Assembly: GCA_040081625.1 (NCBI GenBank)
Contig: JBEBGD010000002.1
Coordinates: 64,001-128,000 of the forward strand
Direction of reading: 5' to 3'
Source of the DNA: Chthoniobacteraceae bacterium
GTDB lineage: Bacteria > Verrucomicrobiota > Verrucomicrobiia > Chthoniobacterales > Chthoniobacteraceae
Length of the DNA: 64,000 nt
The translations under genes were made by a program, and so were the position numbers. Below the pieces are notes generated by a model. That model was given only the letters and a program-made list of their open reading frames with translations, was not told the DNA's origin and made no database searches. Positions 47,001-55,393 of this stretch are shown here, piece by piece; positions within the stretch are counted from its first letter, which is position 1; each line of letters opens with the position of its first letter.

Positions 47001-47321
47001 AACGCCTTTCTCGCCTTTTCGGCCCTCAACATCCCTGGCCCGGCCATCGCCACCGCGACGATCCGCGCGGAAAATGGCGGCAGGATCGGCATCGCGTGGC
47101 GGCTTGATGGGCAGAAGGATTTCCTCCCGGACCAAACCGCGCATCAGGAGCTCGCCGCGTCCGCCGAGTTTCAGGACATCTCGATCAACGTCGCTGCGAA
47201 AGGTGCCATCATCCATCTACGTCTCCTACTCCCCGACAGCTCCACCGACCTGCGCCGCTTTGAACTCAAAGCCGCGAGCGGCGCACCGGTGAAAGAGTGG
47301 GCCTTCGGGCAGCAACAATGA
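44052..47321 (+). CDS. Tandem double sulfatase with extra C-terminal domain
   Basis: Two complete sulfatase domains (CSPTR; second starts ~45561 [16 protein letters not shown]) in one ORF. Confidence 0.93.
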   Translation: MKSLICFLAALCVWCGQLSGADRGPNIVFIMADDLGWADTTLSGHTRFYKTPNLERLAKRGMTFTRAYAASPLCSPTRSSVLTGLSPARTGITTPNCHLPQVVLQATLGKKAGPAEKAIAPTSVSRLNTTYQTLPKALKAAGYATGHFGKWHLGPEPYSPLQHGFDVDVPHWPGPGPAGSFVAPWKFKDFDPDPAVPDQHIEDRMAKEAVAFMEKHAGEPFYLNYWMFSVHAPFDAKKSLIEKYRGRVDPNDPQRSPTYAAMIESMDDAVGTLLDTLDRLKIADRTLIVFFSDNGGNMYNEVDGTTPTSNAPLRGGKATVFEGGIRVPCVVAYPGLVAAGSRSDAVIQSSDFYPTILELSGLKAAPAQRFDGISIVPALKGQPLTREAIFTYFPHNPAVPDWLPPSAAMHRDDWKLIRIFHGGENGAHRWKLFNLREDLGERNDLAAREPERVKAMDALIGKFLADTKAVVPVRNPGFDLAKYDPQNEGRSKPKAAKKPAAAAKPNIILIYSDDHGFADLGVQGAVKDIRTPNLDAMARDGVRFTSGYVSAPQCVPSRAGLLTGRYQQRFGVEDNSMGPLPLAEQTIAERLKPAGYVSCQVGKWHLEAPPERKVGKGKSAEAGKGGPSFQPWAQGFAEYFTGPMNTFAASHDLQGRALPNAPQQLTDKRFRCVWQTDAALSFIDRHQRDPFFLYLAYFTPHTPLESPEPWFSQTPADAPKERRQALAMIAAMDDGIGRIREKLRAAGIEKNTLIFFVGDNGAPLKQGAWNGSLNLPLVGEKGMLTDGGVRVPFVAAWPGTLPAGKVYDAPVINLDVAATAVALAGQPNDAKLDGVNLVPFLRGEKAGNPHDALFWRWRSQAAVRADRWKLILLGRDERFLFDLDSPEGETRNRIAEFPDIAAGLEKKLMTWNATLPPPGLPRDIVDQDQVFYDAHVNKTGVSAVKRPRKDGEKTPTSTWLARNATTEVKDGALRITPATRGKQNAFLAFSALNIPGPAIATATIRAENGGRIGIAWRLDGQKDFLPDQTAHQELAASAEFQDISINVAAKGAIIHLRLLLPDSSTDLRRFELKAASGAPVKEWAFGQQQ

Positions 47322-47355
47322 CCAACCGCATCCCTTAATTCAAAATCACCACACC

Positions 47356-48732
47356 ATGAAGCTCTTCCAACTCCTTACCGCTCTTCTCGTCACGCTCGGC
47401 GCAATCAGCCACGCCGCGCCGAAGCCGAACATCGTCTTCTTCCTCATCGACGATCTCGGCTACGCCGACTGCGGCTTCAATGGCGGCAAGGACATCAAGA
47501 CGCCGAACATCGACCAGCTCGCGAAGGGTGGCGCGATCCTCGAGTCGCACTATGTGCAGCCCGTTTGCTCGCCCACGCGCGCGGCGCTGATGACCGGCCG
47601 CTACGCCACGCACACCGGCGTCTATACGATCGTGCGCCCAGGCGCGAAGTGGGGCCTGCCGCTCGCGGAGCGCACGCTCGCGAATGCGCTCAAGGACGTG
47701 GGTTACGAGACGGCGATCACCGGCAAGTGGCATCTCGGCGAGTTCGATCCCGCCTACGTGCCGACGGCGCGCGGGTTCGATCACCAATATGGGCACTACT
47801 TCGGCGCGCTCGATTATTTCACCCACATCCGCGACGGCTCGCACGACTGGTATCGCGATGGGAAGGAGCTGAAAGAGGAGGGCTACGCGACGGAATTGAT
47901 CGCGCGCGAGGCGTGCCGGTTGATCGCGGAAAAGAAGGAGAACCCGCTGTTTCTCTACGTGCCGTTCAACGGCGTCCACTCGCCGCTCCAAGCGCCCGAC
48001 AGCTATCTCGCGCCGTATGCGAACCTGACCGGCAAGCGCAAGACGATGGCCGGAATGCTCGCCGCCGTGGACGCGGCGATCGGGCAGATCGTCGCCGCGC
48101 TCGAGAAGGCCGGGCTCCGCGAGAACACGCTCATCGCATTCTCCGCCGACAACGGAGGCCCGACGCAGTTCAGCAACGACAACGGCCCGCTGCGCGCCGG
48201 AAAGGGAACGATCTACGAAGGCGGTGTGCGCGCCGCGGCGTTCGCGAACTGGCCGGGCCAGATTCCGGCCGGCGTCACGATCAAGGAGCCGATGCACATC
48301 GTCGACTGGTATCCGACGCTCGTGAAACTCGCGGGCGGTTCGCTCGAGCAGAAGCTCCCGCTCGATGGCCGCGATGTGTGGCCGATGCTCACGAAGAGCG
48401 CGAAGTCGCCGCACGACGCGATCCTGCTCGTGCAAAGCCCGGAGCGCGCCGCGGTGCGCGTGGGCGATTGGAAGCTGATGATGAACGCCTCCGAGGATGC
48501 CGGCGATTCGGTCCCTGAGGGACAGGCGAAAGCGAAGGGCCGAAAGGACGCCGGCGGGAACGCGCTCTACAATCTCGCCGGCGACATCGGCGAGAAGACC
48601 GACCTCGCCGCGAAGGAGCCCGAGCGCGTCGCGGCGATGCGCGCGAAGCTGCAGGAGCTGTTGAAGAACGCGGCGCCCGAGGGCCAGCTCGCCGCCGGCG
48701 GCGACGCGCCGCCGAAGCGGAAGAAGAAGTAG
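47356..48732 (+). CDS. Arylsulfatase-like sulfatase
   Basis: PNIVFFLIDDLG, CSPTR, GKWHLG. Confidence 0.95.
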   Translation: MKLFQLLTALLVTLGAISHAAPKPNIVFFLIDDLGYADCGFNGGKDIKTPNIDQLAKGGAILESHYVQPVCSPTRAALMTGRYATHTGVYTIVRPGAKWGLPLAERTLANALKDVGYETAITGKWHLGEFDPAYVPTARGFDHQYGHYFGALDYFTHIRDGSHDWYRDGKELKEEGYATELIAREACRLIAEKKENPLFLYVPFNGVHSPLQAPDSYLAPYANLTGKRKTMAGMLAAVDAAIGQIVAALEKAGLRENTLIAFSADNGGPTQFSNDNGPLRAGKGTIYEGGVRAAAFANWPGQIPAGVTIKEPMHIVDWYPTLVKLAGGSLEQKLPLDGRDVWPMLTKSAKSPHDAILLVQSPERAAVRVGDWKLMMNASEDAGDSVPEGQAKAKGRKDAGGNALYNLAGDIGEKTDLAAKEPERVAAMRAKLQELLKNAAPEGQLAAGGDAPPKRKKK

Positions 48733-48751
48733 TCCGAAACCACAACAGCTC

Positions 48752-50116
48752 ATGAAACTCATCCGCACTCTCTCCGCCGCGCTCGCGCTGCTCTGCGCGC
48801 CCGGCGCCGTCCTCCACGCCGCGAGCAAACCGAACATCCTTCTCATCGTGGGCGACGACATGGGCTACGCCGACGTCGGATTCCACGGATGCAAGGACAT
48901 CCCCACGCCGCACCTCGACGCGCTCGCGGCGGCGGGCGTGCGCTTCACGAACGGATATGTGACCGGGCCGTATTGCTCGCCGACGCGCGCGGGGCTGCTC
49001 ACGGGGCGCTACCAGACGCGCTTCGGGCATGAGTTCAATCCCAGCGGCGCAACGCAGGGAATGCCCGTGAGCGAGACGACAATCGCCGACCGGCTCAAGG
49101 CCGCGGGCTACAAGACCGGACTCGTCGGCAAATGGCACCTCGGCAATCAACCCGCGATGCATCCGCAGAAGCGCGGGTTCGACGAGTTCTTCGGCTTCCT
49201 CGCCGGCGCGCACGATTACTTCCGCACCGCCGGCATCGTCCGCGGCACCGAGCCCGTGCAGGAGAAGGCGTATCTCACCGACGCATTCGGGCGCGAAGCC
49301 GTCGCGTTCATCGACCGGCATCGCGGCGAGCCGTGGTTCCTCTACCTCGCGTTCAACGCCGTCCACACGCCGATGCAGGCCGACGACGCGCGCCTCGCGA
49401 AGTTCGAGGGCGTCGCCGACAAGACGCGCCGCACCTACGCGGCGATGATGCTCGCGATGGATGACGCCGTCGGCGCCGTGCGCAAAAAGATCGCGGACGC
49501 TGGACTCGAAAACGACACGCTCGTCGCCTTCATCAGCGACAATGGCGGCCCGACGATGAAGGGCGTGACGGTGAATGCATCATCGAACGCGCCACTGCGC
49601 GGCAGCAAACGCACCACGCTCGAAGGCGGCATCCGCGTGCCGTTCATCGTCGCGTGGCCGGGCCGCGTGAAGCCGGGCGTTTTCATCCAGCCCGCGATCC
49701 AACTCGACCTTCACGCAACCGCGCTCGCAGCCGCCGGTGCCGAGGCGAAGATCGAAGGCGTGAACCTGCTCCCATTTCTCGCCGGCGAAAAATCCGGCGC
49801 GCCGCACGATGCGCTCTACTGGCGCTTCGGCGATCAGATGGCGATCCGCGCGGGCGACTTCAAACTCGTGCGCTACGACAGCAACGCCGACACGCAGACC
49901 GGCGCGCGCCAGCCCGTCACCGCCGCAAAGCTCTACAACCTCACCGCCGACATCCACGAAGACAAAGACCTCGCCGCCGCGATGCCCGACAAGGTGAACG
50001 AGTTGCAGGCGAAGTGGGACGAGTGGAACAAAGCGAACGTCGCTCCGCTGTGGGGCGCCAGTAAAGGCGCCGAGCCGAGCGCGCCCGCGAAGCCGCGGCG
50101 CAAGCGGGCGAAATGA
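48752..50116 (+). CDS. Sulfatase
   Basis: PNILLIVGDDMG, CSPTR, GKWHLG. Confidence 0.95.
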   Translation: MKLIRTLSAALALLCAPGAVLHAASKPNILLIVGDDMGYADVGFHGCKDIPTPHLDALAAAGVRFTNGYVTGPYCSPTRAGLLTGRYQTRFGHEFNPSGATQGMPVSETTIADRLKAAGYKTGLVGKWHLGNQPAMHPQKRGFDEFFGFLAGAHDYFRTAGIVRGTEPVQEKAYLTDAFGREAVAFIDRHRGEPWFLYLAFNAVHTPMQADDARLAKFEGVADKTRRTYAAMMLAMDDAVGAVRKKIADAGLENDTLVAFISDNGGPTMKGVTVNASSNAPLRGSKRTTLEGGIRVPFIVAWPGRVKPGVFIQPAIQLDLHATALAAAGAEAKIEGVNLLPFLAGEKSGAPHDALYWRFGDQMAIRAGDFKLVRYDSNADTQTGARQPVTAAKLYNLTADIHEDKDLAAAMPDKVNELQAKWDEWNKANVAPLWGASKGAEPSAPAKPRRKRAK

Positions 50117-50132
50117 AAATCCAAGCGCTCGC

Positions 50133-50160
50133 TTGCGGCGCAGGGCGCCCGCCATATCAT
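50133..50160 (+). promoter_or_regulatory. Putative sigma70 promoter of the TA pair
   Basis: TTGCGG-N16-TATCAT, 7 nt before ATG 50168. Confidence 0.45.
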
Positions 50161-50167
50161 CGCGACC

Positions 50168-50383
50168 ATGTCCACGCTTGCTGAGATCGAAGCCGCGATC
50201 GATGCCCTGCCGCCTGAGCAACTGCGGGAGGTCGCGCGTCATGCGCAGAGCCGTGTCAGCGCGCTCGCGGCGCGCCGCTATTTTTACGACGACGCGGCAG
50301 GACGGACGGGCGATGACGAGATGATCGCCGAAGCCGACGCTGCCTTCCTCGCTTACGATTTGGACGAAGATCGGCGGAAATGA
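50168..50383 (+). CDS. Putative antitoxin
   Basis: 71-aa acidic protein (MSTLAEIEAAIDALP...) with ATGA overlap to the toxin. Confidence 0.7.
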   Translation: MSTLAEIEAAIDALPPEQLREVARHAQSRVSALAARRYFYDDAAGRTGDDEMIAEADAAFLAYDLDEDRRK

Positions 50384-50691
50384 CGCCCGCTCGCGGCGAA
50401 GTCTGGATGGTTGATCTCGGTCTCGCCGCAAAAGTGCGTCCGTGTCAGGTTATCAACATTCCATTTGCCGACAACGAGCGCGCGATCTTCGCGATCGTTC
50501 CGCACACGACCAGCCTTTGGAACACGCGGTTTGAGATTCCCACTGAGTTGACGTGGCTGGATCGCGGAGCGTTCGATGCACAAGGATTGCGTCCGGTGCC
50601 GCGGAAGGTTTTCGAGCGGCGGCTTGGGGCGGTGCCGGGCGATTTGCTCGCACGAGTAGAAGCGACTGTGCGGGTTTGGTTCGGGCTCTGA
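50380..50691 (+). CDS. PemK/MazF family toxin
   Basis: RGEVWMVDLG..AKVRP...VPHTT. Confidence 0.88.
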   Translation: MTPARGEVWMVDLGLAAKVRPCQVINIPFADNERAIFAIVPHTTSLWNTRFEIPTELTWLDRGAFDAQGLRPVPRKVFERRLGAVPGDLLARVEATVRVWFGL

Positions 50692-50705
50692 CTGGACAAG
50701 CCGGA

Positions 50706-50737
50706 GGTGTAGTTCCGAAAGTTCGACGCGGCTGATA
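50706..50737 (+). promoter_or_regulatory. Conserved upstream motif, copy 2
   Basis: GGTGTAGTTCCGAAA-N10-GCTGATA, 31 nt before the Mo-enzyme ATG. Confidence 0.55.
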
Positions 50738-50768
50738 CAATTGCCCGTAACAATCCCCACCGAGAACG

Positions 50769-51971
50769 ATGAACACCGAAAACTTCTCCCGTCGCGAAGC
50801 CGTGAAGCTCGGCCTCGCGGGCATCGCCACTCTCGGCATGAGCCGCGCTCGCGCCGCGGAAACGGCGCGCCCATTCCTCACTCCCGCCCTCGACTTTCAG
50901 GACGTGTCGCGCGGGAATCCGAAACCGCACACGCTCACCGGCGACGCGCTGGTGCGGGCGCGGCTTACGCCGGAGACGTGGCGGCTCGACGTGCGCGCGG
51001 ACGACTCGCCGAAGGACGGGATCAAGGAAGTCGCGAAGATCGGCAAGCCGCTCACGCTCGACTACGCCGCGCTGCTCGCGCTCGGTCGCAAGCACGGCGT
51101 CAAATTCCTCAAGGCGATGCAGTGCCTGAACATCGCGACGCCGCTCGGCCAGGGGCTGTGGGAAGGCGTGCCGCTTCGCGACGTGCTGCGGCTCTGCGGG
51201 CCGATGATCAATGTGCGGCGCGTGTATTACTCGGGCTTCCACAACGACGACCCGGCCCAACTCTTCCAGTCGTCGCTCAGCTACTCGCAGGTGATGGAGA
51301 CGCCACCGGGCGAACTGCCCGTCTTCGTCGCTTACCGGCTCAACGGCGAGCCGCTCCCGCTCGAGCGCGGCGGGCCGGTGCGCATGGTCGTGCCGTGGGC
51401 GCACGGGTTTAAGTCGATCAAGTGGCTCCAGCACATCGCGCTCACGAACGACTACCGCGCGAACGACACTTACGCGGAGAAGAACAACGACCCGGAGTCG
51501 CACCTCAAGACCGCGGCTTACCTCGACGATGTCGCGCCAAAAACTTCCGCGCGCGAGCCGGTGCGTGTCGGCGGGCTGGCGATCGCGGGCTGGTCCGGCT
51601 TGCAGCGCGTCGAGTATTGGCTGCGCGCCGCCGCGCCGGACATCGCCGACGACGATCCCGCATGGGATTCGGCGAAGTGGATTGCGTGTTCGCTCGCCGA
51701 GCCGCCGGCGGATTGGAGCGCGGTGCTGCCCGCGGGTGTGTCGTCGCGCGACGTGCTCGGCTTCGATCGCAAGACCGGCCACCCGCTGACGTGGCCGCTG
51801 CGCTACAGCATGGTCTCGTGGTCCGCCACGCTGCGCGATCTCGCGCCGGGCAAATACGAACTCCGCGCGCGCGCCGTGGACCTGAATGGCTTCGCGCAGC
51901 CCGAGCCGCGCTCGATGGCGAAGACCGGCCGCAACGGCATCCAGGTGAAGCGCTTTGAGATCTCCGCATGA
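50769..51971 (+). CDS. Tat-exported sulfite-oxidase-family molybdoenzyme
   Basis: SRREAV Tat motif; MQC; AYRLNGEPLPLERGGPVRMVVPWAHGFKSIKWL; C-terminal Ig-like YELRARAVD...QP. Confidence 0.88.
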   Translation: MNTENFSRREAVKLGLAGIATLGMSRARAAETARPFLTPALDFQDVSRGNPKPHTLTGDALVRARLTPETWRLDVRADDSPKDGIKEVAKIGKPLTLDYAALLALGRKHGVKFLKAMQCLNIATPLGQGLWEGVPLRDVLRLCGPMINVRRVYYSGFHNDDPAQLFQSSLSYSQVMETPPGELPVFVAYRLNGEPLPLERGGPVRMVVPWAHGFKSIKWLQHIALTNDYRANDTYAEKNNDPESHLKTAAYLDDVAPKTSAREPVRVGGLAIAGWSGLQRVEYWLRAAAPDIADDDPAWDSAKWIACSLAEPPADWSAVLPAGVSSRDVLGFDRKTGHPLTWPLRYSMVSWSATLRDLAPGKYELRARAVDLNGFAQPEPRSMAKTGRNGIQVKRFEISA

Positions 51972-53065
51972 AACGCCTGCTCATCCTCCTCGCCGTCGCC
52001 GCTCACGCCGCTGAACCGAAACCGAAGCCGGAGTTCCAATACAAGTCCGACGGCATCGAAGTGCCTGCCGCGACGGCGGACGAGGCGCGCGTGAAGGCGT
52101 TCGGCCCCGCGACGATTGCGGCGGCGAAGAAGTATCTCGACGATGGCGCGCATAACTGGGTGCGGGAGAAGTCGTGCATCGCCTGCCACAGCACCGGCGT
52201 TTACATGGTCGAGCGCTCGGCGCTCACGAAGTGGCTCGGCAAGCCGAGCGAGGAAGTGCTCGCCGACTTCATCGACGAAGTGCCGAAGGAAGGCGCGAAG
52301 GACGCGGCGCCGATCAAGTCCGTGTGGCGCAGCTCGGGCCTCGCGTCGTGGGACAAGCACGTGACGGGCAAGCTGAGCGAACACACCGACCGCTCGCTGC
52401 GACACACGCTCACGCTCCTGCTCGACGACGGCTCGTTTGCGCCGATCACGCAGGTCGAGATTCCCTACATCACGACGAACTTCGAGCTGACCGTGCAGGC
52501 CGCGCGCGCCATCGCCAACGCGCCGGGCTGGCTGGCGCAGACGAAGGACGCCGACACGCTCGCGCGAGTCGAGCGGATGAAAAAGTTCCTGCGCGAGCAC
52601 GAGCCGATCAGCGACTTCGAGCTCGCGCTGAAGCTCCAGCTCGCCGGCTATTTCCCCGAGCTGGTGCCGCAGCCCACGCGCGACGCCGCAGTCGCGATGC
52701 TCTGGCGCCAGCAGCTCCCCGACGGCGGCTGGTCGCTGCGCCGGATGTCCGACTTGATGAAGTGGCACGTGAAGGCGGACCCGAAAGTGACCGCGCTCAT
52801 CGAGGGGCTGCCCGATGCCGCGAACCCCGGCGGCGATCCCTACATGACCGCGTGGGCCATCGTGCTCCTGCGCGAGAGCGGCGTGCCCGCGAGCGACGCG
52901 CGCATTCAAAAAGGAATCGCGTGGCTCAAGCACGAACAGCGCGCGACGGGCCGCTGGTGGATGCACTCGCTCTTCCGGGGCACGTATCACTACATCACCT
53001 ACATCAGCACCGCACAGGCGCTCCGCGCGCTCGCGCTGTGCGACGATCTGCCGCCGGTCCGGTGA
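51968..53065 (+). CDS. Exported prenyltransferase/squalene-cyclase-repeat protein with CxxCH
   Basis: Signal peptide, CIACH, QLPDGGWS, DPYMTA, QRATGRWW. Confidence 0.8.
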   Translation: MKRLLILLAVAAHAAEPKPKPEFQYKSDGIEVPAATADEARVKAFGPATIAAAKKYLDDGAHNWVREKSCIACHSTGVYMVERSALTKWLGKPSEEVLADFIDEVPKEGAKDAAPIKSVWRSSGLASWDKHVTGKLSEHTDRSLRHTLTLLLDDGSFAPITQVEIPYITTNFELTVQAARAIANAPGWLAQTKDADTLARVERMKKFLREHEPISDFELALKLQLAGYFPELVPQPTRDAAVAMLWRQQLPDGGWSLRRMSDLMKWHVKADPKVTALIEGLPDAANPGGDPYMTAWAIVLLRESGVPASDARIQKGIAWLKHEQRATGRWWMHSLFRGTYHYITYISTAQALRALALCDDLPPVR

Positions 53066-53070
53066 CGCTT

Positions 53071-53181
53071 GTGGTTCACGTTGTCCTCAACGTGAAGTTT
53101 CCGGCGCGCGCAGCGCCCATCTTCCAGTCAGCGCGTCGCGCGCGGGCAAGTGTCGTTCACGTTGAGGACAACGTAGGCCAC
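53071..53181. repeat. Inverted REP doublet (REPIN-like)
   Basis: GTGGTTCACGTTGTCCTCAACGTGAA (53071-53096) and an inverted copy GTGGCCTACGTTGTCCTCAACGTGAA (53181-53156); each arm is itself a hairpin. Confidence 0.85.
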
Positions 53182-53228
53182 GGGTTGGCGTGTGCGGCTC
53201 GCTGTGGCATACCCATCGCGCCTCTTCC

Positions 53229-55337
53229 ATGAACCGACTCGCTCTCCTCCCGCCCATCGAACCTCTCGAAACCCGCATCACGCCTGCCGCCGTGGCGGTC
53301 GTCGAGCTTTCCGCGCTCACGGGCGTGGATGGATTTCAGATCAATGGCGAGGCGCTCGATAGCTCCTCCCTGTTCAGCGTGAGCGGGGCGGGCGATGTGA
53401 ATGGGGACGGCTTTGGCGACATCATCATTGGCATTCGCTTTGCCGACCCGAACGGCTCCAATTCCGGGGCCAGCTACGTGGTCTTTGGCCGGGCGGGCGG
53501 CTTTGCGGCGAATCTCGAACTCTCCGCGCTCAATGGCAGCGACGGCTTTCAGATCAATGGCGAGGCGGCAGGTGACAATTCCGGGGACAGCGTGAGCGAG
53601 GCGGGTGATGTCAATGGCGACGGCTTCGATGACCTGCTCATCGGTGCTTTCGGAGCCGACCCCAACGCCTCCGGTTCCGGAGCCAGCTATGTGGTCTTTG
53701 GCCGGGGTGGCTTTGCCGCGAATCTCGAACTCTCCACGCTCGATGGCAGCAACGGCTTCCAGATCAATGGCGAGACGGCAGGTGACCGCGCCGGGCTCAG
53801 CGCGAGTGGGGCGGGCGATGTGAATGGCGACGGCTTCGACGACCTCATCATCGGTGCGCTCTTTGCCGACCCCAACGGCTCCTCTTCCGGGGCGGGCTAC
53901 GTCGTCTTTGGCAAAGCGGACGGCTTTGCGGCGACTCTCGAACTCTCCACGCTCAATGGCAGCAATGGCTTCCAGATCAATGGCGAGGCGGCTGATGACG
54001 AATCCGGGGGCAGCGTGAGTGGGGCGGGCGATGTGAATGGCGACGGCTTCGACGACCTCATCATCGGCGCACGCCTAGCGGATCCAAACGGAGCGAATTC
54101 CGGCGCGAGCTACGTCGTCTTTGGCCAAGCGGGCAGCTTTGGCGCCGTGCTCGAACTCTCCGCCCTCGATGGCAGCAATGGCTTTCAGATCAATGGCGAG
54201 GCGGCAGGCGACCTCGCCGGGCGCAAAGTGAGCAAGGCGGGCGATGTGAATGGCGACGGCTTCGACGACCTCCTCATTGCTAAATACCGAGCCACCCCCG
54301 ACGACTCCGGCACCAGCTACGTCGTCTTTGGCCGCGGCACCGCCGATGTCGTCGTCGCGGCGAACGGCAAGAGCGCGACCTTCACCGGCTGGGACGGCGA
54401 CCGCGTGACCATCAAGACCAGCCGAGGCACGCTCGACGCCGCGCAGTTCAAGCTCTCCTCGCCAAACCCGCTCACCGGCGGCGCGCACCTCATCTACGCC
54501 GATTTTTCCACCGCCACGAACGGCGGCGAGTTCACCAAGGCGAACCTCAGCTTCACCGCCAAACGCGGCCCCACCGGCGGCGACGGGCTGGTGAATGTGG
54601 GCACGATTGACGCGCGCGGCACCGACCTCGGCAAGGTGAGCGTGGACGGCGACCTCCAGCAGATCGATGGCGGCGTCACCGCGCTCACCGTCTATTCGCT
54701 GGGCCTGGCCGCCGACGCCGAGGTGAAGGGAGGGCCGCTCACGAGCGAACTCGGCACGGTCGGCGCGCTCACGGTGAAGACCACCGCCAGCCGCGTGACG
54801 CTCGCGGCGATCACATTCGGCGCGATCAAGGCGCTCAACCTCGACGGCGTGACGATCTACGCCGAGGGCTTCGCCGCGACCAAGGCCTCCGAAGCGACCG
54901 CGCTCAAGAGCCTCACCGTGGCGGGCGACGTGCGCGACAGCCAGTTCCTGCTCGGCCGCGCGTTCAGCTCCGCCGCCGTGCTGAATCCCGACGTGCGAGT
55001 CGGCGCGGTGAAAGTCGGCGGCAACTGGATCGCCAGCGACCTCATCGTGGGCGTGCGCCCCGGCGACGACGGCATCTACGCCACCGGCGACGCGAACGAA
55101 TCCGCCCCGACCACCGGCAGCGCGCTCGTCTCGCGCATCGCGAGCATCGTCATCAAAGGCGCCGTCCTCGGCACCGCCGAAGACGTGCGCGACGGCTTCG
55201 GCTTCGCCGCGCAGGAGATCGGCAGCTTCACCCTCGGCAAAGCGAAACTCCCGCTGACGAAGAAACCCGGCAACGACCTCACGCCCTTCGTCCTCGCCCT
55301 CACCGGCGACGTGCGCGTGCGCGAAGGGGCGGTGTGA
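53229..55337 (+). CDS. FG-GAP (integrin-alpha repeat) exoprotein with N-terminal LEPR-XLL-like motif
   Basis: IEPLETRITPA; five AGDVNGDGF.D repeats; low-complexity beta-rich C-terminal domain. Confidence 0.88.
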   Translation: MNRLALLPPIEPLETRITPAAVAVVELSALTGVDGFQINGEALDSSSLFSVSGAGDVNGDGFGDIIIGIRFADPNGSNSGASYVVFGRAGGFAANLELSALNGSDGFQINGEAAGDNSGDSVSEAGDVNGDGFDDLLIGAFGADPNASGSGASYVVFGRGGFAANLELSTLDGSNGFQINGETAGDRAGLSASGAGDVNGDGFDDLIIGALFADPNGSSSGAGYVVFGKADGFAATLELSTLNGSNGFQINGEAADDESGGSVSGAGDVNGDGFDDLIIGARLADPNGANSGASYVVFGQAGSFGAVLELSALDGSNGFQINGEAAGDLAGRKVSKAGDVNGDGFDDLLIAKYRATPDDSGTSYVVFGRGTADVVVAANGKSATFTGWDGDRVTIKTSRGTLDAAQFKLSSPNPLTGGAHLIYADFSTATNGGEFTKANLSFTAKRGPTGGDGLVNVGTIDARGTDLGKVSVDGDLQQIDGGVTALTVYSLGLAADAEVKGGPLTSELGTVGALTVKTTASRVTLAAITFGAIKALNLDGVTIYAEGFAATKASEATALKSLTVAGDVRDSQFLLGRAFSSAAVLNPDVRVGAVKVGGNWIASDLIVGVRPGDDGIYATGDANESAPTTGSALVSRIASIVIKGAVLGTAEDVRDGFGFAAQEIGSFTLGKAKLPLTKKPGNDLTPFVLALTGDVRVREGAV
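53331..54333 (+). repeat. Intragenic tandem repeats, about 5 x 210-213 bp
   Basis: GFQINGE codons recur at 53331, 53544, 53754, 53967 and 54180. Confidence 0.9.
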
Positions 55338-55393
55338 CCGCACCTTTCGCTTTGCGCGATGAGCGCGCGGCTTCACTCTCGCGGCTTCCTTTC

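Noticed and set aside
53331..54333. CRISPR-like periodic repeats
   Set aside because: Period of 210-213 bp, in frame, encoding FG-GAP repeats; no cas genes and no CRISPR array seen in the window
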